Of a stretch of 35,142 nt of DNA, positions 1 to 7,476 are shown piece after piece. A program made the translations under genes and the position numbers. The first letter of the stretch is position 1, and every line of letters begins with the position of its first letter. This DNA comes from a virus (lineage: Duplodnaviria > Heunggongvirae > Uroviricota > Caudoviricetes): the IMG/VR virus record IMGVR_UViG_2526164668_000014. One strand, given 5' to 3'. The notes below the pieces were generated by a model. The model ran no database searches. It was not told the DNA's origin and saw nothing but the letters and a program-made list of their open reading frames with translations.

Positions 1-378
1 ACGTTCGTGCTGGATGCACTGGAGCAGGCGTTGTGGGCCCGTCGGCCGTCCGGCACAATCCATCACAGTGATAAAGGTTCTCAGTATGTATCGCTGGCCT
101 ACACGCAGCGGCTTAAGGAAGCCGGATTACTGGCATCAACAGGGAGTACTGGCGACTCGTATGACAACGCGATGGCTGAGAGCATCAATGGTCTTTACAA
201 AGCGGAGGTAATACACCGTAAGAGCTGGAAAAACCGGACAGAAGTGGAACTGGCCACACTAACGTGGGTGGACTGGTATAACAATCGACGATTGCTGGAA
301 AGGCTGGGCCATATTCCTCCGGCAGAAGCAGAAAAAGCTTATTATGCTTCCATCGGAAATAATGATCTGGCAGCCTGA
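1..378 (+). CDS. IS3-family transposase OrfB, C-terminal part (5' end lies outside the window)
   Basis: Open frame runs from nt 1 to the stop at 378; contains the YDNA..ES integrase-core motif (DSYDNAMAESINGLYKAE) typical of IS3-family OrfB. Confidence 0.8.
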   Translation, partial: TFVLDALEQALWARRPSGTIHHSDKGSQYVSLAYTQRLKEAGLLASTGSTGDSYDNAMAESINGLYKAEVIHRKSWKNRTEVELATLTWVDWYNNRRLLERLGHIPPAEAEKAYYASIGNNDLAA

Positions 379-609
379 GTTCACAGATAAAACACTCTCC
401 AGGAAACCCGGGGCGGTTCAGACCTCATTTCCCCTTAACGCCGGGGTAGCGGAACTGTTTGCTGAGAACACCGTGCGGTGTCTTGATGGAGGTAATTTAG
501 TTTTCTCATTATTTTTCGTCAAGGTTTTTTGATTAGAAAACTCAAGTGTTGGCGCAAGATAAAGCCAATACATTGAAATGTAAGGCTTTAAAATTTTGTG
601 AAGGGATGA

Positions 610-1017
610 TTATTGATGCTTGTTGCGTTTGCGAGCCTCTAATAGCTCGGTGAACAGGCGATTAAAATTCTCAACGCGGGCGCGGAGTTCGCTGAGTTGT
701 GCTTGTTGCTCTGATTTAGGAAGTGCGCGATACAAACGCAGCATCTCTAACTCATCTTCCGATAAGTCTAAGGCACTATCGAGTGAAACAGGGGGAGCTG
801 GTGTTTTGTCCTCGTCGCCAAACAGTATCCAAGTTGGTGAACATTGCAATACCTCGGCGAGGCGATGCAAATTTTGCCCGCGCGGGGCTGTATGGTCACT
901 TTCCCATAATGAAATTGATGAGCCAGATACGCCAGCAGCTTTGCTTAAACCGTTTTGACTTAAGCCTACCTGCTTACGTCTTTCTCTAATGCGTTGACCT
1001 AAAGTTTTCTCGTTCAT
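610..1017 (-). CDS. dicA: DicA-like HTH_XRE repressor (cI analogue)
   Basis: 135 aa from the internal Met (MNEKTLGQRIRERRK...); C-terminal LQCSPTWILFGDEDK...NFNRLFTELLEARKR matches remembered K-12 DicA; the upstream ATG at 1068 is an alternative start. Confidence 0.85.
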   Translation of the reverse strand: MNEKTLGQRIRERRKQVGLSQNGLSKAAGVSGSSISLWESDHTAPRGQNLHRLAEVLQCSPTWILFGDEDKTPAPPVSLDSALDLSEDELEMLRLYRALPKSEQQAQLSELRARVENFNRLFTELLEARKRNKHQ

Positions 1018-1094
1018 ATTTAGATATCTTAATAACCCTTGACTTGAGATTCCTTGAGTGATTAGCATTGAGAAAACTCAATATTGGAGGTGCG
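1018..1094. promoter_or_regulatory. Divergent dicA/dicC promoter-operator region
   Basis: 77-bp gap between divergent genes; TTGACT...TTAGCAT promoter-like elements; repeated TTGAG half-sites including palindrome TTGAGAAAACTCAA. Confidence 0.5.
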
Positions 1095-1322
1095 ATGTTT
1101 AAATCAGACGTAATTAATTTTTACGGTACGAAAGCCAAAGTAGCGAAAGCTGCTGGCGTTGACCCATCTGCTGTTTCTCAATGGCAAGAGCTGGTTCCTG
1201 AAGGTCGCGCGATGCGTCTACAGGAGGCATCTGGCGGCGAGCTTCTGTATGATCCCAAGGTTTATGACGAATATCGTAAGACGAAGCGGGCGGGGCGGTT
1301 GAACAATGAAAATCACTCCTGA
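1095..1322 (+). CDS. dicC: DicC-like Cro-type regulator
   Basis: ATG preceded by GGAGGTG; 75 aa; divergent from the repressor; C-terminus VPEGRAMRLQEASGGELLYDPKVYDEYRK. Confidence 0.7.
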   Translation: MFKSDVINFYGTKAKVAKAAGVDPSAVSQWQELVPEGRAMRLQEASGGELLYDPKVYDEYRKTKRAGRLNNENHS

Positions 1323-1827
1323 ACAGGCTCGTGAGGCTCTGGATGCCTGGATATGTCGACCAGGAATGACACAGGAGCAGGCGACGATATTAATCACTGA
1401 AGCATTCTGGGCTTTGAAAGAGCGCCCGAACATCGATGTTCAGCGTGTCACAGATGAAGGTGGCGCGGTTGATCAGCGAGCACTTGGCGTTAATCGAGTG
1501 AAGATATTCGAACGCTGGAAGGCTATCGACACCAGGGATAAGCGTGAAAAGTTCACGGCGCTAGTGCCTGCAATTATGGAGGCTATTCGGATTAATGATT
1601 TCAGGTTGTATCGTGAAATTAGTGACGGAAAAAGCATCACGTACATGATCGCCGGGTTAAACAAAGAATATGGCGATGTGGTGGAGTCCGGACTGCTTTT
1701 TGCTGATCCTGCCGTAGTGGATCGTGAAACTGACGAACTTATAGAAAAAGCAATTGCTTTCAAACTTGCGTATCGACAGCAATACCAACAAAAAGCTGGA
1801 TGGAATTATGAGCCTTCTTTTTGCTGA
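1306..1827 (+). CDS. YdaT/YdfX-like phage regulatory protein in the cII position
   Basis: 173-aa ORF overlapping the dicC stop (translational coupling); same position as ydfX in Qin and ydaT in Rac. Confidence 0.6.
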   Translation: MKITPEQAREALDAWICRPGMTQEQATILITEAFWALKERPNIDVQRVTDEGGAVDQRALGVNRVKIFERWKAIDTRDKREKFTALVPAIMEAIRINDFRLYREISDGKSITYMIAGLNKEYGDVVESGLLFADPAVVDRETDELIEKAIAFKLAYRQQYQQKAGWNYEPSFC

Positions 1828-2773
1828 ACGCCCACTGGTTATAAACACACAGCTTGCGATGAAGATTGGCTTAAATGAAGCCATTGTGTTGCAGCAGTTG
1901 CATTACTGGTTGAGAGATACCAATTCCGGCATGGAATGTGATGGTGTTCGCTGGATTTACAACACAACGGAACAATGGCTGGAACAGTTCCCATTCTGGT
2001 CAGAGTCAACGTTAAAGCGCGCGTTTGCAAGTCTGAAAACGCTGGGGCTTTTGCGTTGTGAAAAGCTCAATAAATCAAAGCGCGATATGACCAATTTCTA
2101 CACGATCAACTACGGGAGCGAGCTTTTAGATGGTGGCAAATTGAGCGAATCCATCGGTTTAAAATGCGCCGCTCCATCAGGTCAAAATGACACGATGGAA
2201 GAGGTCAAAATGAAACGCTCCATTGGTTCAAAACGACCCAATGTCATCGGGTCAAAATGGCCTGATGATCTTACAGAGAATACAACAGAGATTACTACAG
2301 AGAATAAAAACACTTTTCGTCCGGAAGCTTCGCAACCGGACCCGCAGACCGCTGAACAGGATTTTTTAACCCGGAACCCCGACGCGGTTGTGTTTAGTGC
2401 GAAAAAACGCCAGTGGGGTAGCAGGGAGGATTTGGCGTGTGCGCAGTGGATTTGGGGGCGGATCGTGAACCTTTACGAACAGGCTGCCAGCGACGATGGA
2501 GAGATCATGCGACCAAAAGAGCCTAACTGGACAGCCTGGGCCAATGACGTGCGCACAATGCGGATGCTGGATGGCAGAAGCCACAGACAAATTTGCGAAA
2601 TGTTTGGTCGGGTACAGCGAGATCAATTCTGGGTAAAAAACATCATGAGCCCGTCAAAACTCCGCGAAAAATGGGACGAACTGGTCATCCGCCTGGGACG
2701 TTCACCTGTAAAGCGTTGTGTGAATCATATTTCTGAACCGGATACAGAAATTCCGCCTGGTTTCAGGGGATAA
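1808..2773 (+). CDS. Phage replication initiation protein (O-like replisome organiser)
   Basis: Start MSLLFAERPLV overlaps the upstream gene; iteron array inside the gene as for lambda O/ori; N-terminal HTH-like region. Confidence 0.65.
   Translation: MSLLFAERPLVINTQLAMKIGLNEAIVLQQLHYWLRDTNSGMECDGVRWIYNTTEQWLEQFPFWSESTLKRAFASLKTLGLLRCEKLNKSKRDMTNFYTINYGSELLDGGKLSESIGLKCAAPSGQNDTMEEVKMKRSIGSKRPNVIGSKWPDDLTENTTEITTENKNTFRPEASQPDPQTAEQDFLTRNPDAVVFSAKKRQWGSREDLACAQWIWGRIVNLYEQAASDDGEIMRPKEPNWTAWANDVRTMRMLDGRSHRQICEMFGRVQRDQFWVKNIMSPSKLREKWDELVIRLGRSPVKRCVNHISEPDTEIPPGFRG
2156..2259. repeat. Iteron array, candidate origin of replication
   Basis: Five copies of GGT(C/T)(A/T)AAA(A/C)(T/C)G starting at 2156, 2180, 2203, 2225 and 2250 (22-25 bp spacing), followed by three ACAGAGA(A/T)TA repeats at 2270-2307. 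Confidence 0.55.
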
Positions 2774-2813
2774 GTGTTGATTTTAGGGTATAAAGTAATG
2801 TTCAGGAGGACTT

Positions 2814-3233
2814 GTGGCAAAAGTTTTTACACAAGAAGAGCGGGAAAAAATTAAAGGGCAGGTGGTGGAACTCGTACGCCAGAGTGGGCGCGAGACGTTA
2901 CGACAACTGGAAGCTAAAACTGGGGCAACAAGATATCTGATGAGCGTTCTGGCCAGAGAGCTGGTTGCCAGTGGCGATGTATACAGCTCTGGTTACGGGT
3001 TATTCCCGTCTGAACAGGCGCGTAAGGACTGGCAAAACGCCCGCAAAAAACTCTCGAGGGCAAAGGTGAAGAAACCTGCTGTGGTTGATCCGGACCTTAT
3101 CTGGTCATTACCTGACGGAGAAATACGTCGCTACGACAGTCGTCTAAACATAATCTGTCGCGAGTGCCGGAAGGCAAGGAGAAGCAGGCTATTGTTAACA
3201 TCAAGCTGTAATGTCCCCTTTGAACCATTCTAA
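2814..3233 (+). CDS. Hypothetical phage protein (GTG start); 3' end abuts the transposase insertion
   Basis: SD CAGGAGGA before GTG; 139 aa; stop lies 34 nt before the transposase ATG, so the C-terminus may be altered by the insertion. Confidence 0.5.
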   Translation: MAKVFTQEEREKIKGQVVELVRQSGRETLRQLEAKTGATRYLMSVLARELVASGDVYSSGYGLFPSEQARKDWQNARKKLSRAKVKKPAVVDPDLIWSLPDGEIRRYDSRLNIICRECRKARRSRLLLTSSCNVPFEPF

Positions 3234-4980
3234 AATGTCCCCAGACAATTCTCTGGGGGATTTTTCATGATCAAAGAGACTGTTACGATGAGTCATAAGG
3301 AACTCCACCGACTTCAGATTATTCAGGAGTCAATTAATCGACATATTACTCAGGAACAAGCTGCGGCACGCATTGGCATTTCTATTCGGCAGGTTAAACG
3401 TCTGGTGCAACGGTATAGAAATGAAGGGCCTTCTGGTCTGGTTTCCCACCGACGTGGAAAGCGTCCTAATAATTCCTTTTCTACTGAATTCAGAGCAACA
3501 GTAATTTCACTCCTCAAAGGCCGTTACGCTGATTTTGGACCTACGTTTGCGTGCGAAAAATTGCGCGAGATACACGGTTTATCTTTATCCGTTGAAACTC
3601 TCAGAAAGTGGATGATAGAAGAGGGGTTATGGCGTGAACGCCGTCGTAAAATTGCCCGTATATATCAACGCCGCATGCGACGACCATCTTACGGTGAACT
3701 GATCCAGATTGATGGCTCACCTCATGACTGGTTTGAAAATCGAGGCCCCAGATGTACACTGATCGTTTTCATTGATGATGCCACCAGTGCGTTGATGGCG
3801 TTGCGTTTTGTGCCTGCTGAAACAACCCGGGCTTACATGGAAACCCTCCGGGGTTACCTTAATGATCATGGCGTACCGCTCGCTCTCTACTCTGATAGAC
3901 ACAGTATATTCAGGGTAAATAACCCAGAGCGGGAAGGTGAGCTGACCCAGTTCACTCGTGCGATAAAGACACTGGGCATCGAGCCAATCCATGCCAACAG
4001 CCCGCAGGCAAAAGGGCGGGTAGAGCGCGCCAATCAGACACTACAGGACAGGCTGGTCAAAGAAATGTGGCTTCAGAATATCAGTGATATTGAAACAGCA
4101 AATGCATGGTTGCCGACCTTTATTGAAGCCTATAACAACCGGTTCGCTACGTCGCCTCGTACTACTGATAATGCTCATCTTGATGTGCACCATTCTGAAG
4201 AGGAACTGGGTTATATCTTCAGCCTACAGGCGAAGCGCGTTCTGTCTAAAAATCTCACTTTCCAGTACAAAAGCAGTGCGTTTCAGGTACGCAGTGAGGG
4301 CCGGGGATATCGACTTAGGCATTCGGTTGTTACTGTATGTGAGAACTTTGACGGTGAAATTAACGTTCTGTATGACGGGAAAGCGCTGGGCTGGGAAAAG
4401 TATGTTGATGGCCCGGAGCCTATACCACTGGATGATGAAAAGAGTGTCCATGAACGAGTGGATAATGCCCGTATTGATTTACGCTCAAAATACTATGTTA
4501 AATCTAAAGCTGACCATCCCTGGCCTACGCGCCGAACGCAAAGTCATCAGCAAGTTAAGCCCCCGAAGTTACCTAAAAAGAAGCCTGATCCCGATAAAAT
4601 AGATTGAAACCAAGATCGATTCGGTTGAGTGCATATCCATTCATAGGGTAGATTCTTAAGTCGCGTTTCTGGTGTTCATTTTCGGGTGGTTTGTTACTTG
4701 TTTTACCGGGGATATGCCAGAAACGCGCTGAGTCAGTCTGGGCGGTGCGCGTAATGAGGCGTTATGGTAAATAGCCTATGCTAATGTCCGCTAAGAGCAA
4801 GAAGCGGAAGTTGGCAGTTTTGTGGACTGTCCCCACAAAAGTGACTACAGAAATAGTTGCAATTCATAATTGATCATGGGTTGTCAGTTAAACTCGTGGC
4901 GATTTAAATAGACTAATTGGGAGTGCGTCCATTACTTATATCTTGTAATGTTAACTATCAGAAATGATACAAAGATAATA
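3200..4980 (+). mobile_element. Insertion sequence carrying the DDE transposase (termini not resolved)
   Basis: Transposase flanked by about 370 bp of non-coding DNA before the flxA terminator; imperfect 20-bp palindrome CCCCAGACAATTCTCTGGGG at 3239-3258. Confidence 0.35.
3267..4607 (+). CDS. DDE (rve integrase-core) transposase of a single-ORF IS (IS481/ISNCY-like)
   Basis: 446 aa; N-terminal HTH; candidate D-D-E residues in IQIDGSPHDW, YSDRHSIF and GRVERANQTLQDRL. Confidence 0.8.
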   Translation: MIKETVTMSHKELHRLQIIQESINRHITQEQAAARIGISIRQVKRLVQRYRNEGPSGLVSHRRGKRPNNSFSTEFRATVISLLKGRYADFGPTFACEKLREIHGLSLSVETLRKWMIEEGLWRERRRKIARIYQRRMRRPSYGELIQIDGSPHDWFENRGPRCTLIVFIDDATSALMALRFVPAETTRAYMETLRGYLNDHGVPLALYSDRHSIFRVNNPEREGELTQFTRAIKTLGIEPIHANSPQAKGRVERANQTLQDRLVKEMWLQNISDIETANAWLPTFIEAYNNRFATSPRTTDNAHLDVHHSEEELGYIFSLQAKRVLSKNLTFQYKSSAFQVRSEGRGYRLRHSVVTVCENFDGEINVLYDGKALGWEKYVDGPEPIPLDDEKSVHERVDNARIDLRSKYYVKSKADHPWPTRRTQSHQQVKPPKLPKKKPDPDKID

Positions 4981-5000
4981 TGTCTTTAAAGAAAAGGCTG

Positions 5001-5029
5001 ATGGCGAAAAGTGGCCCGATGAGGGCCAC
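5001..5029 (-). terminator. Rho-independent terminator downstream of flxA
   Basis: GTGGCCC-N5-GGGCCAC hairpin followed on the minus strand by a T-run. Confidence 0.55.
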
Positions 5030-5043
5030 AATACGGCTGTCAC

Positions 5044-5376
5044 TTAGACGTAAATATCAATGGTGCCAGCGGTATTTGTATCGTCTTTTTTCTCTTCTTT
5101 TTTATCAGGCTGAACTGTCGCGTCTTTATTCTTTTTCTCTGCCTGCTGCCTTAACAACTGCTCCAGTTGAGCCCTGAGGCTTTCAATTTGCTTCTGTACC
5201 AATGCAGCCATTTCTTTTTTCTGCTGTGTCGTCATCCCCTCTTCCGATGAGATTTTCCCAAGCTTTTCAGTCAGCACCTGAATTTGTCTTGTGATTTTGG
5301 CTATTTCTGATGTTCCTTCCGGGGCGGAGTTGTTTGAAATAACGGTTGAGGTATTTCCCTGAATTGTGACAGACAT
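5044..5376 (-). CDS. flxA: FlxA (flagellar-regulon protein of Qin prophage)
   Basis: 110 aa MSVTIQGNTSTVISNNSAPEG... matches remembered K-12 FlxA; SD AAGGAG. Confidence 0.9.
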   Translation of the reverse strand: MSVTIQGNTSTVISNNSAPEGTSEIAKITRQIQVLTEKLGKISSEEGMTTQQKKEMAALVQKQIESLRAQLEQLLRQQAEKKNKDATVQPDKKEEKKDDTNTAGTIDIYV

Positions 5377-5399
5377 AGATTTCTCCTTTTAAAAAAGCA

Positions 5400-5426
5400 C
5401 TATCGGCATGCACAAAAAAATCTTTA
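5400..5426 (-). promoter_or_regulatory. Sigma-28 (FliA)-type promoter for flxA
   Basis: Minus strand reads TAAAGATT-N11-GCCGATAG, 7/8 and 7/8 matches to the FliA consensus TAAAGTTT-N11-GCCGATAA, about 25 nt upstream of the ATG. Confidence 0.6.
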
Positions 5427-5871
5427 ATCGTATTTCTTGTGTCATTAATTGTTTGATGTTCAGATTGTTTTCCTCGCGGGCTGGCGCGCCTCAGAAAGTA
5501 AAGCTTGTTGACAGGGGTAAACGTTCGGCAATAATTTTCTGCCGCATGCGGGTGTTGCATAAAACGTGCTACGTTCCTTTATCGACAGGTCAGGTCACCG
5601 CTCACCCGCCGACGAGAAAGCAACACTGACATGCTAAAGCAAAAAATAGATGAATAAGTTGAGTTGTGCATATGTAGCCTGACCGTCACAAAGTATATGG
5701 TGTCTGTACCAGTAAGATGATGGCCGGACTCTTTAAAAGCGAGCTGACCTGCACAATACAGGATGGACTTAGCAATGGCTGCTCCTGGCACAAAGCGGAC
5801 AGTGATCACCGTTCTTACGACTACTTTCTGACTTCCTTCGTGACTTGCCCTAAGCATGTTGTAGTGCGATA

Positions 5872-5897
5872 CTTGTAATGACATTTGTAATTACAAG
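5872..5897. promoter_or_regulatory. relO-like operator palindrome upstream of relB
   Basis: CTTGTAAT-N10-ATTACAAG inverted repeat with TTGTAAT hexads directly upstream of the relB SD. Confidence 0.55.
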
Positions 5898-5908
5898 AGG
5901 TGTAAGAC

Positions 5909-6148
5909 ATGGGTAGCATTAACCTGCGTATTGACGATGAACTTAAAGCGCGTTCTTACGCCGCGCTTGAAAAAATGGGTGTAACTCCTTCTGAAGCGCT
6001 TCGTCTCATGCTCGAGTATATCGCTGACAATGAACGCTTGCCGTTCAAACAGACACTCCTGAGTGATGAAGATGCTGAACTTGTGGAGATAGTGAAAGAA
6101 CGGCTTCGTAATCCTAAGCCAGTACGTGTGACGCTGGATGAACTCTGA
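5909..6148 (+). CDS. relB: RelB antitoxin
   Basis: 79 aa MGSINLRIDDELKARSYA...; stop overlaps the relE start. Confidence 0.95.
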   Translation: MGSINLRIDDELKARSYAALEKMGVTPSEALRLMLEYIADNERLPFKQTLLSDEDAELVEIVKERLRNPKPVRVTLDEL

Positions 6149-6435
6149 TGGCGTATTTTCTGGATTTTGACGAGCGGGCACTAAAGGAATGGCGAAAGCT
6201 GGGCTCGACGGTACGTGAACAGTTGAAAAAGAAGCTGGTTGAAGTACTTGAGTCACCCCGGATTGAAGCAAACAAGCTCCGTGGTATGCCTGATTGTTAC
6301 AAGATTAAGCTCCGGTCTTCAGGCTATCGCCTTGTATACCAGGTTATAGACGAGAAAGTTGTCGTTTTCGTGATTTCTGTTGGGAAAAGAGAACGCTCGG
6401 AAGTATATAGCGAGGCGGTCAAACGCATTCTCTGA
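6148..6435 (+). CDS. relE: RelE mRNA-interferase toxin
   Basis: 95 aa MAYFLDFDERALKEWRKLGSTVREQLKKKL... Confidence 0.95.
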   Translation: MAYFLDFDERALKEWRKLGSTVREQLKKKLVEVLESPRIEANKLRGMPDCYKIKLRSSGYRLVYQVIDEKVVVFVISVGKRERSEVYSEAVKRIL

Positions 6436-6506
6436 ACCAAAGCATGACATCTCTGTTTCGCACCGAAGGTGACACTTCTGCTTTGCGTTGACAGGAGAAG
6501 CAGGCT

Positions 6507-6662
6507 ATGAAGCAGCAAAAGGCGATGTTAATCGCCCTGATCGTCATCTGTTTAACCGTCATAGTGACGGCACTGGTAACGAGGAAAGACCTCTGCGAGG
6601 TACGAATCCGAACCGGCCAGACGGAGGTCGCTGTCTTCACAGCTTACGAACCTGAGGAGTAA
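6507..6662 (+). CDS. hokD: HokD (RelF) Hok-family membrane toxin
   Basis: Hand-translated 51-aa ORF MKQQKAMLIALIVICLTVIVTALVTRKDLCEVRIRTGQTEVAVFTAYEPEE, below the ORF-track cutoff; Hok-family hydrophobic helix. Confidence 0.85.
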   Translation: MKQQKAMLIALIVICLTVIVTALVTRKDLCEVRIRTGQTEVAVFTAYEPEE

Positions 6663-6732
6663 GAGACCCGGCGGGGGAGAAATCCCTCGCCACCTCTGAT
6701 GTGGCAGGCATCCTCAACGCACCCGCACTTAA

Positions 6733-6759
6733 CCCGCTTCGGCGGGTTTTTGTTTTTAT
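6733..6759 (+). terminator. Rho-independent terminator after relBE-hokD
   Basis: CCCGCTTCGGCGGG hairpin followed by TTTTTGTTTTT. Confidence 0.65.
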
Positions 6760-6878
6760 TTTCAACGCGTTTGAAGTTCTGGACGGTGCCGGAATAGAAT
6801 CAAAAATACTTAAGTAGCGCGCAGGGATAAGAGGGATGGTCCCTTAAAGGGGAGAGCTAATTATCCGGAAGGATTCTG

Positions 6879-7130
6879 ATGATGAACATCGAAGAACTGC
6901 GTAAAATTTTTTGTGAAGATGGCCTCTATGCTGTGTGCGTTGAAAATGGAAATCTTGTTAGTCATTACCGCATTATGTGTTTGCGAAAGAATGGGGCTGC
7001 GTTAATTAATTTTGTGGATGCTCGGGTCACGGACGGATTTATCTTGCGCGAAGGTGAGTTTGTCACTTCATTACAGGCATTGAAAGAGATCGGAATAAAA
7101 GCTGGCTTTTCTGCTTTTTCAGGAGAATAA
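6879..7130 (+). CDS. rem: Rem (Qin prophage protein of unknown function)
   Basis: 83 aa MMNIEELRKIFCEDGLYAVCVENGNLVS... Confidence 0.85.
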   Translation: MMNIEELRKIFCEDGLYAVCVENGNLVSHYRIMCLRKNGAALINFVDARVTDGFILREGEFVTSLQALKEIGIKAGFSAFSGE

Positions 7131-7196
7131 ACTCATCTACAATCTTGCGCGGGGCTGAACTCCCGCTGAGTAACACCGTGCCACCGGAGAAAACCG

Positions 7197-7475
7197 ATGG
7201 CACGCAACGCAAAATATTACAATTCTGATAATTCGCCCGTTCTTGCCTGCACGCACGGGCGGTATTCTCACGCATTCAAGTCTGAATGGTTCCAGCACCC
7301 TCCATGCACTGCAGAACAGGCCGAATGGCTGATTCATTCTTACCGCAGGCGCGGGTTCGAGGTTAAGAAAGCTCTCAGTCTCGACTATCGGCACTGGATA
7401 ATCTCTGTCAGGCTGCCTTATTCCGAACGCCCACCACGTGCGTCCCGCACTTTCCAGCAACGGATCTGGAGGTAA
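7197..7475 (+). CDS. Hypothetical protein, coupled to ydfU
   Basis: 92-aa ORF with GGAG SD; its stop is 2 nt before the ydfU GTG start. Confidence 0.45.
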   Translation: MARNAKYYNSDNSPVLACTHGRYSHAFKSEWFQHPPCTAEQAEWLIHSYRRRGFEVKKALSLDYRHWIISVRLPYSERPPRASRTFQQRIWR

Positions 7476-7476
7476 C

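Noticed and set aside
620-989. Two plus-strand ORFs (112 and 88 aa)
   Set aside because: Antisense to the well-supported dicA repressor gene; no RBS
1095-1827. Calling dicC plus the YdaT-like gene a toxin-antitoxin pair
   Set aside because: Position and coupling also fit a Cro/CII-like regulatory pair; sequence alone cannot discriminate, so no TA call is made
4084-4602. 172-aa ORF in an alternative frame
   Set aside because: Entirely inside the transposase CDS in another frame; the transposase frame carries the DDE motif
3207-4951. 8-bp direct repeat TGTAATGT at 3207-3214 and 4944-4951 as a possible target-site duplication
   Set aside because: A chance 8-bp match within two 100-bp windows is not unlikely, and no matching terminal inverted repeats sit inside it, so it is not used to define the IS ends
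5579-5884. 101-aa minus-strand ORF
   Set aside because: Overlaps the relBE promoter-operator region, where non-coding sequence is expected; no supporting signals
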